The position numbers and the translations under genes were made by a program. Shown piece by piece: positions 51,225-60,372 of a stretch of DNA of 64,000 nt. The stretch spans positions 4,791-68,790 of the forward strand of contig JBMFGW010000004.1 of assembly GCA_049977145.1 (NCBI GenBank), given 5' to 3'. The DNA is from Phycisphaerae bacterium (lineage in GTDB: Bacteria; Planctomycetota; Phycisphaerae; WQYP01). The notes under the pieces were generated by a model. It ran no database searches. It saw only the letters and a list, made by a program, of their open reading frames with translations, and was not told where the DNA came from. Every line of letters starts with the position of its first letter. Position 1 is the stretch's first letter.

Positions 51225-52738
51225 TCGCTCCCCCCACCTTTCGCCAACAACGCTTCGCCGCGTCGAACAATTTCACCCTCCAACTTAATCACCTCGCGGA
51301 GAATGTCCGAAGGCGCATCATGATTCACGGCTTCGCTGGTCACAGCCCTGTATCGGCCTGCGGCCAGGCTCCAATCGTTTTCCTTGATTTTCTCAATCGC
51401 CACGCGATAGCTTTTGGCACTTTCTTCGCGTGTTGGCCATTTGGCCAAAATATCGGGAATATCGTTGGCTTCAATGGGGCTGCGTTTGTCGTCCAGACTT
51501 AGGCCATCGGCCCCCAAATCGTAAAACCAGACGGATTTTGTCGGCGTACCCTTCTGAAATATCAACGCTGCCGTAGCCACGCCCGCATAAGGCTTGAAAA
51601 CCCCGCTGGGCAAATTGATGATGGCTTGCAGATCGCACTCGGTTAATAGCGCTTCGCGTAGTTTTACCGCAGCGTTTGTTGAGCCAAATAACACGCCATT
51701 GGGCACAATAACACCTGCCCGCCCGCCCGGTGCCAGATGATCCACAAACCATTTTAGAAATAGCAGTTCGGTGGCCCGGGTGTTTAACTTATAATTCAGA
51801 TCCGCGAGAATGCTTTCATCCTGCACCTTGCCGGAGAATGGCGGATTGGCCAAAATAACTTCAAAGCGTTCCCCCGGATACACCCCGCCAAATCCCGTTG
51901 TCAACGGGTTGAAATGCTCAACGCGCGCCCGTTCCAACTGGTGCAGATATAAATTAAGAATCGCGATTTTGACCATATTGGCGTCGTTATCAAAGCCGGT
52001 AAAGGCCTGTGATCCCAGAAACTTCCATTGGGCCGATTTGAGCAGCGATCCATAAATGTGCCCCCGCTTCAGGTCGGCCGGTTTGGTGTTTTGCCGCAGA
52101 ATGTGATTAAGCGCGGAGATAAGAAAGCCCGCCGTGCCGCACGCGGGGTCACAAATCCGCTGGCCCGGTTGCGGGTTCACCAATTCAACCATCAGGTCAA
52201 TAATGTGGCGCGGGGTGCGGAATTGGCCATTAGTGCCGGACATGGAAAGCTTGGATAGCAGATATTCGTACATATCGCCTTTAAGATCGTGGCCATCATG
52301 CGCGGCAAGGTCCATTTCCTCAATGCCCTGAATGATGGCGCGCAGCGTGGGGCGGTCATAAATTTTCAGTGTGGCGCGGCCAAACAGGAGCTTGCCGGTG
52401 TCGCTTAGGTTCGGCAGCTCATGCAAACTTTCAATGGCGTCACGGGCGGCATTGAACAGTTCATCCCCAGCCAGAGTCACAAAGTTACCCCAGGCAAAGC
52501 GTGCCCATTTACCGGAGAAAATGCGGGTATATTTTTTATCAAGCCCCGCAAGGGCCTCATCCTTTTCAGTCAGCAGGCGTAAAAACAGCAGATAAGAAAT
52601 CTGCTCAATGGAATCCATCGGGTTATTTACCCCGCCGGAATACAGGATGTCCATAAGCTGGTCCACCCGCTGGCGCAAGCCGGAGGAAAAGAAATTGGAA
52701 CCATTGGTTTTTATTGGTGGATCCGTCGCCATATTCAT
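51221..52738 (-). CDS. hsdM: Type I restriction-modification DNA methyltransferase HsdM
   Basis: HsdM N-terminal domain, an AdoMet-binding region and the N6-adenine MTase motif IV (NPPF: ILANPPFSGK). Confidence 0.9.
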   Translation of the reverse strand: MNMATDPPIKTNGSNFFSSGLRQRVDQLMDILYSGGVNNPMDSIEQISYLLFLRLLTEKDEALAGLDKKYTRIFSGKWARFAWGNFVTLAGDELFNAARDAIESLHELPNLSDTGKLLFGRATLKIYDRPTLRAIIQGIEEMDLAAHDGHDLKGDMYEYLLSKLSMSGTNGQFRTPRHIIDLMVELVNPQPGQRICDPACGTAGFLISALNHILRQNTKPADLKRGHIYGSLLKSAQWKFLGSQAFTGFDNDANMVKIAILNLYLHQLERARVEHFNPLTTGFGGVYPGERFEVILANPPFSGKVQDESILADLNYKLNTRATELLFLKWFVDHLAPGGRAGVIVPNGVLFGSTNAAVKLREALLTECDLQAIINLPSGVFKPYAGVATAALIFQKGTPTKSVWFYDLGADGLSLDDKRSPIEANDIPDILAKWPTREESAKSYRVAIEKIKENDWSLAAGRYRAVTSEAVNHDAPSDILREVIKLEGEIVRRGEALLAKGGGSE

Positions 52739-52747
52739 TGCACCTTT

Positions 52748-55171
52748 TTATGCACTGGCCAGCAGGGATTGCCGGACCAGGCCGGACTGGCGCAGGGCTT
52801 CAAATACTTCGCCACGCGCCTCAAACCGAGATAATGCCGTGACGCCGCCCAGCGGATTAAACTGTATCTCGCTGAACATCGTCATATCCCCCGCCATGAA
52901 TTTTTTAAGCGAGTTACCATCCTCGGCAATCAGTTCGGCGGTGGCGTTAAGCCACTTCTGCTCATTGTAACGCAGATTAAACCGCGCGGCGATGGAGTCC
53001 ACCGTATCGCAAATAATCGCGTCACGCGTCGGCAACGGCTTACGCCCGACGGCATTGTAAACAAAGGCCGGAGTGCTTGCCGGCACACCATAAGAGATGA
53101 TGAGCTTGTCCGGGGAGTAATACATTTCCGGGCGGTGATAAAACCGTTCGTTAACCAGCGTTTCAACCGTGTCATCATCTTCCGCATCAACAGCGGTCTG
53201 CATTTCCGGAGTCCGGGCGACAAACTCTCTGATGTCTCGCTCATAACCGCCACGAAACGTCATCAGGTCCACCTTCTGCCCGTCGGGCCCGACAACGGTT
53301 ATTTCCCGGCTCACCAGCTTGTCCACACCCTCCCAGGTCGGAATGTCCCGCGGTGGCGGCGCGCTCAAATCAGGCGGCGTACCATCCGCGGTGGCAACTT
53401 CGCCATCACCATCACCTTCACGCAGAATCACCCCTTGCGGCAAATGGGGCGGGTAGGTGGTGGGTTCCGATTGCTGTTTGGGGCGTGGCAGCTTGAGCGG
53501 AACAGTATAGTCGTATTTTTCCTCAAAATATTCGGCTACTGCGCAGAAATCCAGTATCAGGAAATATTTCTTTTCGTGTTCCGTGTTGCCGATCTTAAAG
53601 GTAAACAGTCGCGTGCCGCGTCCCTTAATCTGGATGTATTCGGTTGGGGAAAAAATGGGCCGCATCAGGCCAATATTCAGCAAGTCCTGGCAGTTGTAGC
53701 CGGTGGAAAGCATATCGACGGAAACGGCGATGCGTTCACTACGTTTCCCGTCGCGAAATTCCTTGGCTATTTCCGCGGCACCTTCAATCCGGCTGGTGAT
53801 GGTGACGGCAATACCAGGCTCAAGTAAGTTGAAAATTTTCGTCAGCTCGGTCGCATGAGTTTGGTTCACCGCAAACACCAGAGATTTCCCGATGTTGTTC
53901 GCCGGGTCCCGCTTCGCTTCAGCCAAAAACTCCTCGCAGATAACGCGGTTGCGGGCGGGAGTGAAGATTTTCCGTTCAAGGTCCTTAATCTTGAAATTCT
54001 CTTCCTGCTCGTTAATGACCACCGCCCAGCCGGAGTCGGCCAGCGCCTGCGTGGTGATGTCCGAGCGCAGGTCAATAATTTTGGGCAGGCAAAGGAACGG
54101 ACCCTCCGGGTCTTTCACCGCGTCAACAATGTCATAACGGAAAGTCGGAAAGCCGGGCTTGCAGCCAAAATAATTGTAGGTGTCCCGGAACAAGCGCGCT
54201 TCAAGCGCCTTGGGATTTTCCTGCTCAAGCTGTTCCATATCCACATTTTTCAAATAGGCCTTGGGCGTGGCGGTCAGACCGACGCGGGTAGCCTGGAAAA
54301 ATTGCACCACCTCCCGCGCGTCGCCGTAAATTGAGCGGTGAGCTTCATCATTAACCACCAGATCAAAGTGAAATGGCGTGAATTCCTCCCGGTAGCGGCG
54401 GTCCACCATCAGCGATTGCAGCGTGGCGACCACCACCGATGAGCCAAGCAATTCGCCGGATTTCCGGCGCGCGGTTTTATAGAGAACCGGCTTGTACTCG
54501 GCAAGCATGACATTGAATTCTTCCAGCGTCTGCTTGGCCAGTTCAATGCGGTCCACAATAAACAAAACCCGCTCGGCGTTGCGCGTGGCAAGAAAGCGCC
54601 GGATCAACGCGGCGCACAGCAGCGTCTTGCCCGTGCCGGTCGCCATTTCCAGCAGGAATCCGCGGCGGGCCTGATCATCAAACTGCCGCGATACGGTGTC
54701 CAATGCCGCAATCTGGTAGCGCCGCAGTTCGCGGTCGGGACGAAATCTTTTCAGATAATCGGGCGTGATGATCTCGCTCATCAACGCGCGCGGCGGTTGC
54801 AGATTTTTCAGGCGCAACCGTTCGAGGTCTTCAAGAGATGGCAGCCGCTCAATACGGTAGGCATCCCGATCCTTGCGGGTGTAATTCCAGAACCAGTGCT
54901 CCCGGCCATTGGAGAGAATCACGAACGGGGCTTTGCGGTTTTCGGCGTAGCCACGGGCCTGCTCCTTGGCGTTGTATGGATCAACATCTTCGCGTTTGGC
55001 TTCCAAAACACAAAGCGGGCCGCGCTGGCCGAAAAGGACATAATCCGCCCGCCCGGTAGCATCGCTTAGCTCAAAGCGGACCTGATGGGCATCCAGCAAG
55101 TTCCAACCGCTGTATTCCAGCGCCTTGTCAATGAGAACCCGCGAAAATGCCTCATTTTCCTGATTTTGCAT
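52748..55171 (-). CDS. hsdR: Type I restriction enzyme R subunit HsdR
   Basis: N-terminal nuclease domain (ADYVLFGQ...VLEAKRE), SF2 helicase motifs (GTGKT, DEAH as VVNDEAHRS) and a C-terminal domain. 807 aa. Confidence 0.9.
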   Translation of the reverse strand: MQNQENEAFSRVLIDKALEYSGWNLLDAHQVRFELSDATGRADYVLFGQRGPLCVLEAKREDVDPYNAKEQARGYAENRKAPFVILSNGREHWFWNYTRKDRDAYRIERLPSLEDLERLRLKNLQPPRALMSEIITPDYLKRFRPDRELRRYQIAALDTVSRQFDDQARRGFLLEMATGTGKTLLCAALIRRFLATRNAERVLFIVDRIELAKQTLEEFNVMLAEYKPVLYKTARRKSGELLGSSVVVATLQSLMVDRRYREEFTPFHFDLVVNDEAHRSIYGDAREVVQFFQATRVGLTATPKAYLKNVDMEQLEQENPKALEARLFRDTYNYFGCKPGFPTFRYDIVDAVKDPEGPFLCLPKIIDLRSDITTQALADSGWAVVINEQEENFKIKDLERKIFTPARNRVICEEFLAEAKRDPANNIGKSLVFAVNQTHATELTKIFNLLEPGIAVTITSRIEGAAEIAKEFRDGKRSERIAVSVDMLSTGYNCQDLLNIGLMRPIFSPTEYIQIKGRGTRLFTFKIGNTEHEKKYFLILDFCAVAEYFEEKYDYTVPLKLPRPKQQSEPTTYPPHLPQGVILREGDGDGEVATADGTPPDLSAPPPRDIPTWEGVDKLVSREITVVGPDGQKVDLMTFRGGYERDIREFVARTPEMQTAVDAEDDDTVETLVNERFYHRPEMYYSPDKLIISYGVPASTPAFVYNAVGRKPLPTRDAIICDTVDSIAARFNLRYNEQKWLNATAELIAEDGNSLKKFMAGDMTMFSEIQFNPLGGVTALSRFEARGEVFEALRQSGLVRQSLLASA

Positions 55172-55499
55172 GTTTACGATTATACGGGCGGCCTCGGCCA
55201 GTGGGCAAGGCGGAGAAAACTGGCGGGGATGGATAGAACGCCAGCGCCGTCTTGCTAAGGCAACAACCAGTGGTATCGCACGCTTGGCGTCGCAAAATTA
55301 GTAACCGTTCACGGGCGAGGCTTTATCGCGTTGCCTTTTTTGTGGTGCAGACTTTCCTGTCTGCCGCAGTGACGAATGCAGGTACACTCCGATTGGCCTT
55401 CAATGGGACAAATTAGGCGGTGGAATGCGTTGTACCGCAGGCATCTTGCCTGCATCGGAAACGCGACAAAAGCAGGCGGGACGCCTGCGGTACCTACGC

Positions 55500-55930
55500 C
55501 GTCCTTGCCTTCGTGACCCAGTATCATCAATGGCCGCGGAGTATACACTGTCGGCGGCTTAGCCGTATACGCATGTGTAACGCGGTTATCAGGCAATACC
55601 TCATAAATGCCACAAGGATATGCGCCGCCACCTGAGACTGAACCTGATGATGAATCGGCCTTATATCCAAATCACTCTTCAGGCACTTGAAGGCGGCTTC
55701 TATCTCCGCGAGTTGCGTATGACGCCGCCAGAGAACTTCCGCTAAGACGTTTGGGCCAACCGATCCTTGGATGCCACGGCGGTATCCACTTCCAGCAACT
55801 CATCCATGGCACTTCGATGGAACCATTGGCGGTGCCAACGGAATTCACTGCCCGGACCAATGAGCCGATTGACCACCAGTGCGGCCAGTACCTTCTCCCG
55901 GGGAACCCCGGATGACACGTTTAAGGCTCG
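55500..55930 (-). mobile_element. Remnant of an IS1634/IS4-family DDE transposase (C-terminal part, frameshifted, 5' part missing)
   Basis: Minus-strand translations give LAALVVNRLIGPGSEFRWHRQWFHRSAMDELLEV and, after a frameshift, LWRRHTQLAEIEAAFKCLKSDLDIRPIHHQVQSQVAAHILVAF (a YREK-like signature). The remainder of the gene is absent. An 11-bp inverted repeat (GTACCGCAGGC/GCCTGCGGTAC) lies at about 55432-55494. Confidence 0.5.
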
Positions 55931-55968
55931 TGCTTGACAACAAGTGATCTATAAGTTACGGTGGTACC

Positions 55969-56298
55969 GTGTTTGCGATTCGTCACTATATCTCGGCGTC
56001 CGGTAAGAACGTATTCGAGGCGTGGCTGACGTCGCTCAAGGATAAGTCTATCGAGGCCCGTATTGCGGCGCGTTTGGACCGCGTTGCGGTTGGTAATTTC
56101 GGCGCTTGCAGGCCGGTGGGAAACGGTGTCAGTGAACTGCGAATTGATTTTGGACCGGGGTAACGTATTTATTATGCAATGGTGGGAAAAACATGCGTAC
56201 TGCTTTTGTGCGGTGGAGATAAGCGCCGACAGGCGGCCGATATCGCCACTGCGGCAGAATACCTTCAAGATTACCGAAAAAGGAGCGTTGAACCATGA
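55969..56298 (+). pseudogene. Addiction-module killer protein (RelE/ParE superfamily, HigB-like) interrupted by in-frame TAA
   Basis: GTG start. ...ELRIDFGPG is followed by TAA (56161-56163), then the same frame continues as RIYYAMVGKTCVLLLCGGDKRRQAADIATAAEYLQDYRKRSVEP to the TGA at 56296-56298. The canonical family has Tyr at the stop position. Confidence 0.7.
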
Positions 56299-56342
56299 AC
56301 TTCAAGACATGTCCAGCACATAGCGTATCACATGATGAGGTG

Positions 56343-56699
56343 ATGAAACGGAAACTCAAGTCCGATCCCATGTTCGCCGTGGAATATCTTCGAGCCGCAC
56401 TGGAGGATGCAGATGAACCGAAAGTATTGCTGCTTGCATTGCGGCGGATCACCGAAGCGCGGGGTGGGTTTGCAAAAGTCGCAAAGATTGCCGGAATTGA
56501 ACGTGAAAGCCTGCATCGCGCTTTGTCCGCCCGCGGCAACCCCCGCCTTTCCACGCTGCAGGCGGTTACCAAAGCCATCGGTCTGAAACTGACGGTCGAG
56601 CAGCGCTCCAGCGGCACGGGACGCAAATTTCCGCATTCCAATTCGCGGGGTTCCGCATCTCGCAAACCAGTCTCACGAACCTTCGCTCTTTTGGTGTAA
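56343..56699 (+). CDS. Addiction-module antidote protein (HTH, HigA-like)
   Basis: MKRKLKSDPMFAVEYLRAALEDADEPKVLLLALRRITEARGGFAKVAKIAGIERESLHRALSARGNPRLSTLQAVTKAIGLKLTV. GAGG lies just upstream of this ATG. The ORF table extends the start to 56295. Confidence 0.75.
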   Translation: MKRKLKSDPMFAVEYLRAALEDADEPKVLLLALRRITEARGGFAKVAKIAGIERESLHRALSARGNPRLSTLQAVTKAIGLKLTVEQRSSGTGRKFPHSNSRGSASRKPVSRTFALLV

Positions 56700-56874
56700 T
56701 CCCGGGCCTGTGGCGGTTACCAGGGACGTAAGCGCGAAGCAAGGAGGAAGGCGAAAAAAACGCAAATTGACAATATTATTATGGAAATTGACATTGTGAG
56801 AACTTGCCGTGTCATTGATAATTACACTGTCAGCGGCTTAGCCGTGTAGGAGTATCTTTTGGAGAAATCTTGAT

Positions 56875-59800
56875 ATGACACAGCAAAAGAAAATCGCGTG
56901 GCGGTGTTTTACAGCCATATTATTTGTCTGCCTACTACCTTTGTTCACGGCTTCCCGGGCGACGGCGGCGAAAATTCGCGTGGCCTGTGTCGGTGACAGT
57001 ATTACCTACGGGTACGGCGTTCCGCAGCGGCGTGTCCATGGGTGGCCGGGGGTGTTACAACGCTTGTTGGGAAACGGCTACCAGGTGGCGAACTTCGGTT
57101 ACAGCGGCGCTACCATGCTCAAGAATGGTAATCTTCCCTATTGGAAAACACCGGACTTTGAAGCTGCCACTAAATTTAATCCCAATATAGTCATCATCAT
57201 GTTGGGCACCAATGATACGAAGCCGGAGAATTGGGCCCAATTCGGTTCCCAGTTCACTGCGAATGCGGAAGCGATGATTCGGCATTTTTCGCACCTCAAA
57301 GCCCGTGCCAAAGTTTATATCTGCACACCGCCTCCGATTATTCATTCTAATTATGGCATTAGCGAAGCGATGCTTGCGCGCGGGCCGATTCCGAATATTC
57401 ATAAGGCTGGCCTGGCCACGTCTATTCCGGTCATACGAATTCATGCCGACCTGAGCCGATTCTTTGAAAACCACGGGGCGACGGGGTATTACCAGGCGGA
57501 TGGCGTACATCCGAACGCGGCGGGTCAGCATCGCATCGCCCAAATTATATTCCAGTTTTTGCAGGCACCAGAAACGGCTGCTGCTGATGTGGAAGCCGAC
57601 GACGGGCCACCAAGTCCGCAGGGGTTCTTTCTCAAGAATGGTGATCGCGTGGTATTCTACGGTGATAGCATCACTGAACAGCGGTTTTACACCACTGATG
57701 TTGAGATGTATGTTCGCACCCGCTTTCCCGATCTCCACGTTCGGTTTGTCAACTCCGGCGTGGGTAGTGATACGGTCCGTGGAAATTGGGCCGGTGGGGT
57801 AAACCTGCGGCTTAAACGCGATGTGTTTGCATTCAAGCCCGATGTGGTCGCGATCATGCTGGGCATGAATGATGGCGGTGGCGGAGGCTCTATTGATCCC
57901 GTACTTTTTCAGAACTACAAGAATGGTTATGAACATATTATCCAATCGCTGAAGAGTCATCTGCCCGGCGTGCGAATCGTGCTAATTGCGCCCTCTCCTT
58001 TTGATGATGTAACAATGCCACCGCAACCTCCGAATGGTTACAACGCGACGTTGATCCGCTTTGGCCAATTTCTGAAAAACCTGGCCGCCAAGGATCATTT
58101 GGCGTATGCGAATTTCAATAGGCCGCTGGTGAACGTGTTGGAAAAGGCGGAGAAGATAAATCCGCAATTGGCACAGCAGATTATTCCCCAGCGGGTACAT
58201 CCAGCGGCCAATGGCCAGTTGGTAATGGCGGAAGCACTGTTAAAGGCTTGGAACGCGCCGGCGACAATTTCTGATGTGGATATTAACGCTGGCAATAAGT
58301 CGGTTTCGCAATCCACCAATACCACGGTCTCGGCCCTGTCTGAAGCCAAAGGTAGCATCTCATGGACGCAGAAGGATCAAGCCCTGCCGCTGCCGATCAT
58401 GGATTTACATGAAAACTGGCCACAATTTCCACCGATTTTGGCACCTGTGGGCGCGAATGTGTCGCAGTTTTCCCGTTCGCTCTGGATGCCTCCCACGCCG
58501 AATTGGAATTACACCAATCGCGTTACAGCGCTGGTCGTAAAATTATGCGGGTTTTACCACAACCTGGACTCCGAAACATTGCGGGTTACTGGGCTTGTTG
58601 CTCCGCGCTACACCTTGCAAATTAATGGTCAATGGATTGGCGACTTCTCCAAGCAAAATCTGGCGGTTGGGGTCAATCTCGCCCGCTATGACACGCCCAT
58701 GATGGCCCAAGCTTATTCTGTGTTGGACCAAGTATGGCGTGAGGCCCAAGTGCGGTTTTATATTTGGCGGCTTATCCAGTTGCCGCTGGAAAAAAGTCAG
58801 TATAAATTTAGTGCGCACGGTTGTTGGTCATTCGTGGGGCTTCCTCTAAAAAATTCCAAGCCGCAGGTGAAGGCGGCGCGTTCGCTGATCGGATTGCTTT
58901 ATCATAATCTGTTCAAGACTGTGGCAGCACGCTGCGCAGTAATGGCGGAACCAGTGCCGTGTGAATATACGTTAAGTCCCACTGCGGTGGCGAAACCCGC
59001 CCCGGCGGGTGTGCTTTACCAGGATACATTTAAGGGTGGGCCGCTCATCGCGCTCAATGGCTGTCGGCCGACGGTTAGGCCGGGCCACAATATTCGATGG
59101 GCCGCTGCGGGTTGGAATGCGGATGGCTCAACGACCGCTGCGGGCAATGCCTATCTTCCATTTACGCCGGTTGGTGGCAATATCTATACGTTGTCGGCGG
59201 GCTTGAACCCGAAAAAGGGTGCCGGTTCAGGCTGGCTGGCGATCGGATTTGTAGAACACTGGAACCCCGGTGCCGGTCATCCCAATACTGGCGTAACCGC
59301 CTTCTTTGCCAATGGAGCCATTGGTGCCGGCCCATGGGCTGCGGTCTATCCGGATCGCGGGGCTGGTGGATCGGGTCCAGGTGGCGGAGGTGGCGGTGCA
59401 ACCGTGGTCGGGCCGGGAGCCAATGGAATAACCCGTTGGACGACCACGGATGGTGTGCAACATATTACGATCGTATTGAATACGATGGATCAAGTATGGA
59501 CATATCGGGTTCTGGATAACGGTGTGGAGGTAACGCCGACAACGCCATTTCCAACCAATCCAACGATTACTGGGGTGGCGTTGGGTAATGCTGAAGTAAC
59601 CAAGGGGGCTGTCAGTGATTTTGAATTGTCGGCTGTTAAAACGAGGCCTTTGGCGTCGGTATTACACCGGCATACGTCAAGCCCCACTGCGGTGGCGAAA
59701 CCCGTTCCGGCGGGCGTGTTGTACCAGGATACTTTCAAAGGTGGCCCGCTCGTGGCGCTCAATGGTCGGGAGCCGACGGCGAAGAAGGGACATCACATCG

Positions 59801-60360
59801 GTTGGGCCGCAGGCGCGGGTTGGAAGGCGGATGGCTCGACCACCGCTGCGGGCAATGCCTATCTTCCATTTACGCCGGTTGGTGGCAACATCTATACGTT
59901 GTCGGCGGGTCTGAACCCTAAAAAGGGTGCCGGTTCGGGCTGGCTGGCGATCGGATTTGTGGAACACTGGAATCCCGGCACCGGTCATCCCAATACTGGC
60001 GTAACCGCCTTCTTTGCCAATGGGGCCATTGGTGCCGGCCCATGGGCTGCGGTATATCCGGATCGCGGGGCCGGTGGATCGGGTCCAGGTGGCGGAGGTG
60101 GCGGTGCAACTGTGGTCGGGCCGGGAGCCAATGGAATAACCCGTTGGACGACCACGGATGGTGTGCAAAAGATCGCCATTGTGCTCAACACTGTGGGCCA
60201 AGTGTGGACGTATGAGGTTTTGGATAATGGCGTGGTGGTAACACCAACGACACCGTTTTCAGCGAATCCAACGATTACCGGGATAGCGTTGGGTAATGCT
60301 GAAGTAACCAAGGGGGCTGTCAGCAATTTCCAACTGGCAGTCGGTAAAACAGGCCACTGA
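56875..60360 (+). CDS. Secreted multidomain SGNH/GDSL hydrolase (two esterase domains) with duplicated C-terminal beta-sandwich-like domains
   Basis: Signal peptide. GDSL blocks VACVGDSITYGYG and VVFYGDSITEQ, each followed by GxND and DGVHP-type blocks. The C-terminal 470 aa are two near-identical repeats of 235 aa. Confidence 0.8.
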   Translation: MTQQKKIAWRCFTAILFVCLLPLFTASRATAAKIRVACVGDSITYGYGVPQRRVHGWPGVLQRLLGNGYQVANFGYSGATMLKNGNLPYWKTPDFEAATKFNPNIVIIMLGTNDTKPENWAQFGSQFTANAEAMIRHFSHLKARAKVYICTPPPIIHSNYGISEAMLARGPIPNIHKAGLATSIPVIRIHADLSRFFENHGATGYYQADGVHPNAAGQHRIAQIIFQFLQAPETAAADVEADDGPPSPQGFFLKNGDRVVFYGDSITEQRFYTTDVEMYVRTRFPDLHVRFVNSGVGSDTVRGNWAGGVNLRLKRDVFAFKPDVVAIMLGMNDGGGGGSIDPVLFQNYKNGYEHIIQSLKSHLPGVRIVLIAPSPFDDVTMPPQPPNGYNATLIRFGQFLKNLAAKDHLAYANFNRPLVNVLEKAEKINPQLAQQIIPQRVHPAANGQLVMAEALLKAWNAPATISDVDINAGNKSVSQSTNTTVSALSEAKGSISWTQKDQALPLPIMDLHENWPQFPPILAPVGANVSQFSRSLWMPPTPNWNYTNRVTALVVKLCGFYHNLDSETLRVTGLVAPRYTLQINGQWIGDFSKQNLAVGVNLARYDTPMMAQAYSVLDQVWREAQVRFYIWRLIQLPLEKSQYKFSAHGCWSFVGLPLKNSKPQVKAARSLIGLLYHNLFKTVAARCAVMAEPVPCEYTLSPTAVAKPAPAGVLYQDTFKGGPLIALNGCRPTVRPGHNIRWAAAGWNADGSTTAAGNAYLPFTPVGGNIYTLSAGLNPKKGAGSGWLAIGFVEHWNPGAGHPNTGVTAFFANGAIGAGPWAAVYPDRGAGGSGPGGGGGGATVVGPGANGITRWTTTDGVQHITIVLNTMDQVWTYRVLDNGVEVTPTTPFPTNPTITGVALGNAEVTKGAVSDFELSAVKTRPLASVLHRHTSSPTAVAKPVPAGVLYQDTFKGGPLVALNGREPTAKKGHHIGWAAGAGWKADGSTTAAGNAYLPFTPVGGNIYTLSAGLNPKKGAGSGWLAIGFVEHWNPGTGHPNTGVTAFFANGAIGAGPWAAVYPDRGAGGSGPGGGGGGATVVGPGANGITRWTTTDGVQKIAIVLNTVGQVWTYEVLDNGVVVTPTTPFSANPTITGIALGNAEVTKGAVSNFQLAVGKTGH
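58975..60357 (+). repeat. Intragenic tandem duplication, 2 x ~705 bp (~92% aa identity)
   Basis: Unit 1 is 58975-59679 and unit 2 is 59680-60357. Both encode SPTAVAKP(A/V)PAGVLYQDTFKGGPL...GAGGSGPGGGGGGATVVGPGANGITRWTTTDGVQ... Confidence 0.9.
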
Positions 60361-60372
60361 GGTACGCGTTCA

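Noticed and set aside
53135-54334. Plus-strand ORFs (53135-53827, 53855-54334 and similar) inside hsdR
   Set aside because: Antisense shadow ORFs of a confidently assigned helicase/nuclease gene, with no start context.
55309-55860. ORFs 55309-55596 (-) and 55672-55860 (-) as independent genes
   Set aside because: They fall in the frameshifted transposase remnant. The recognisable transposase blocks are in other frames and segments, so these are not intact genes.
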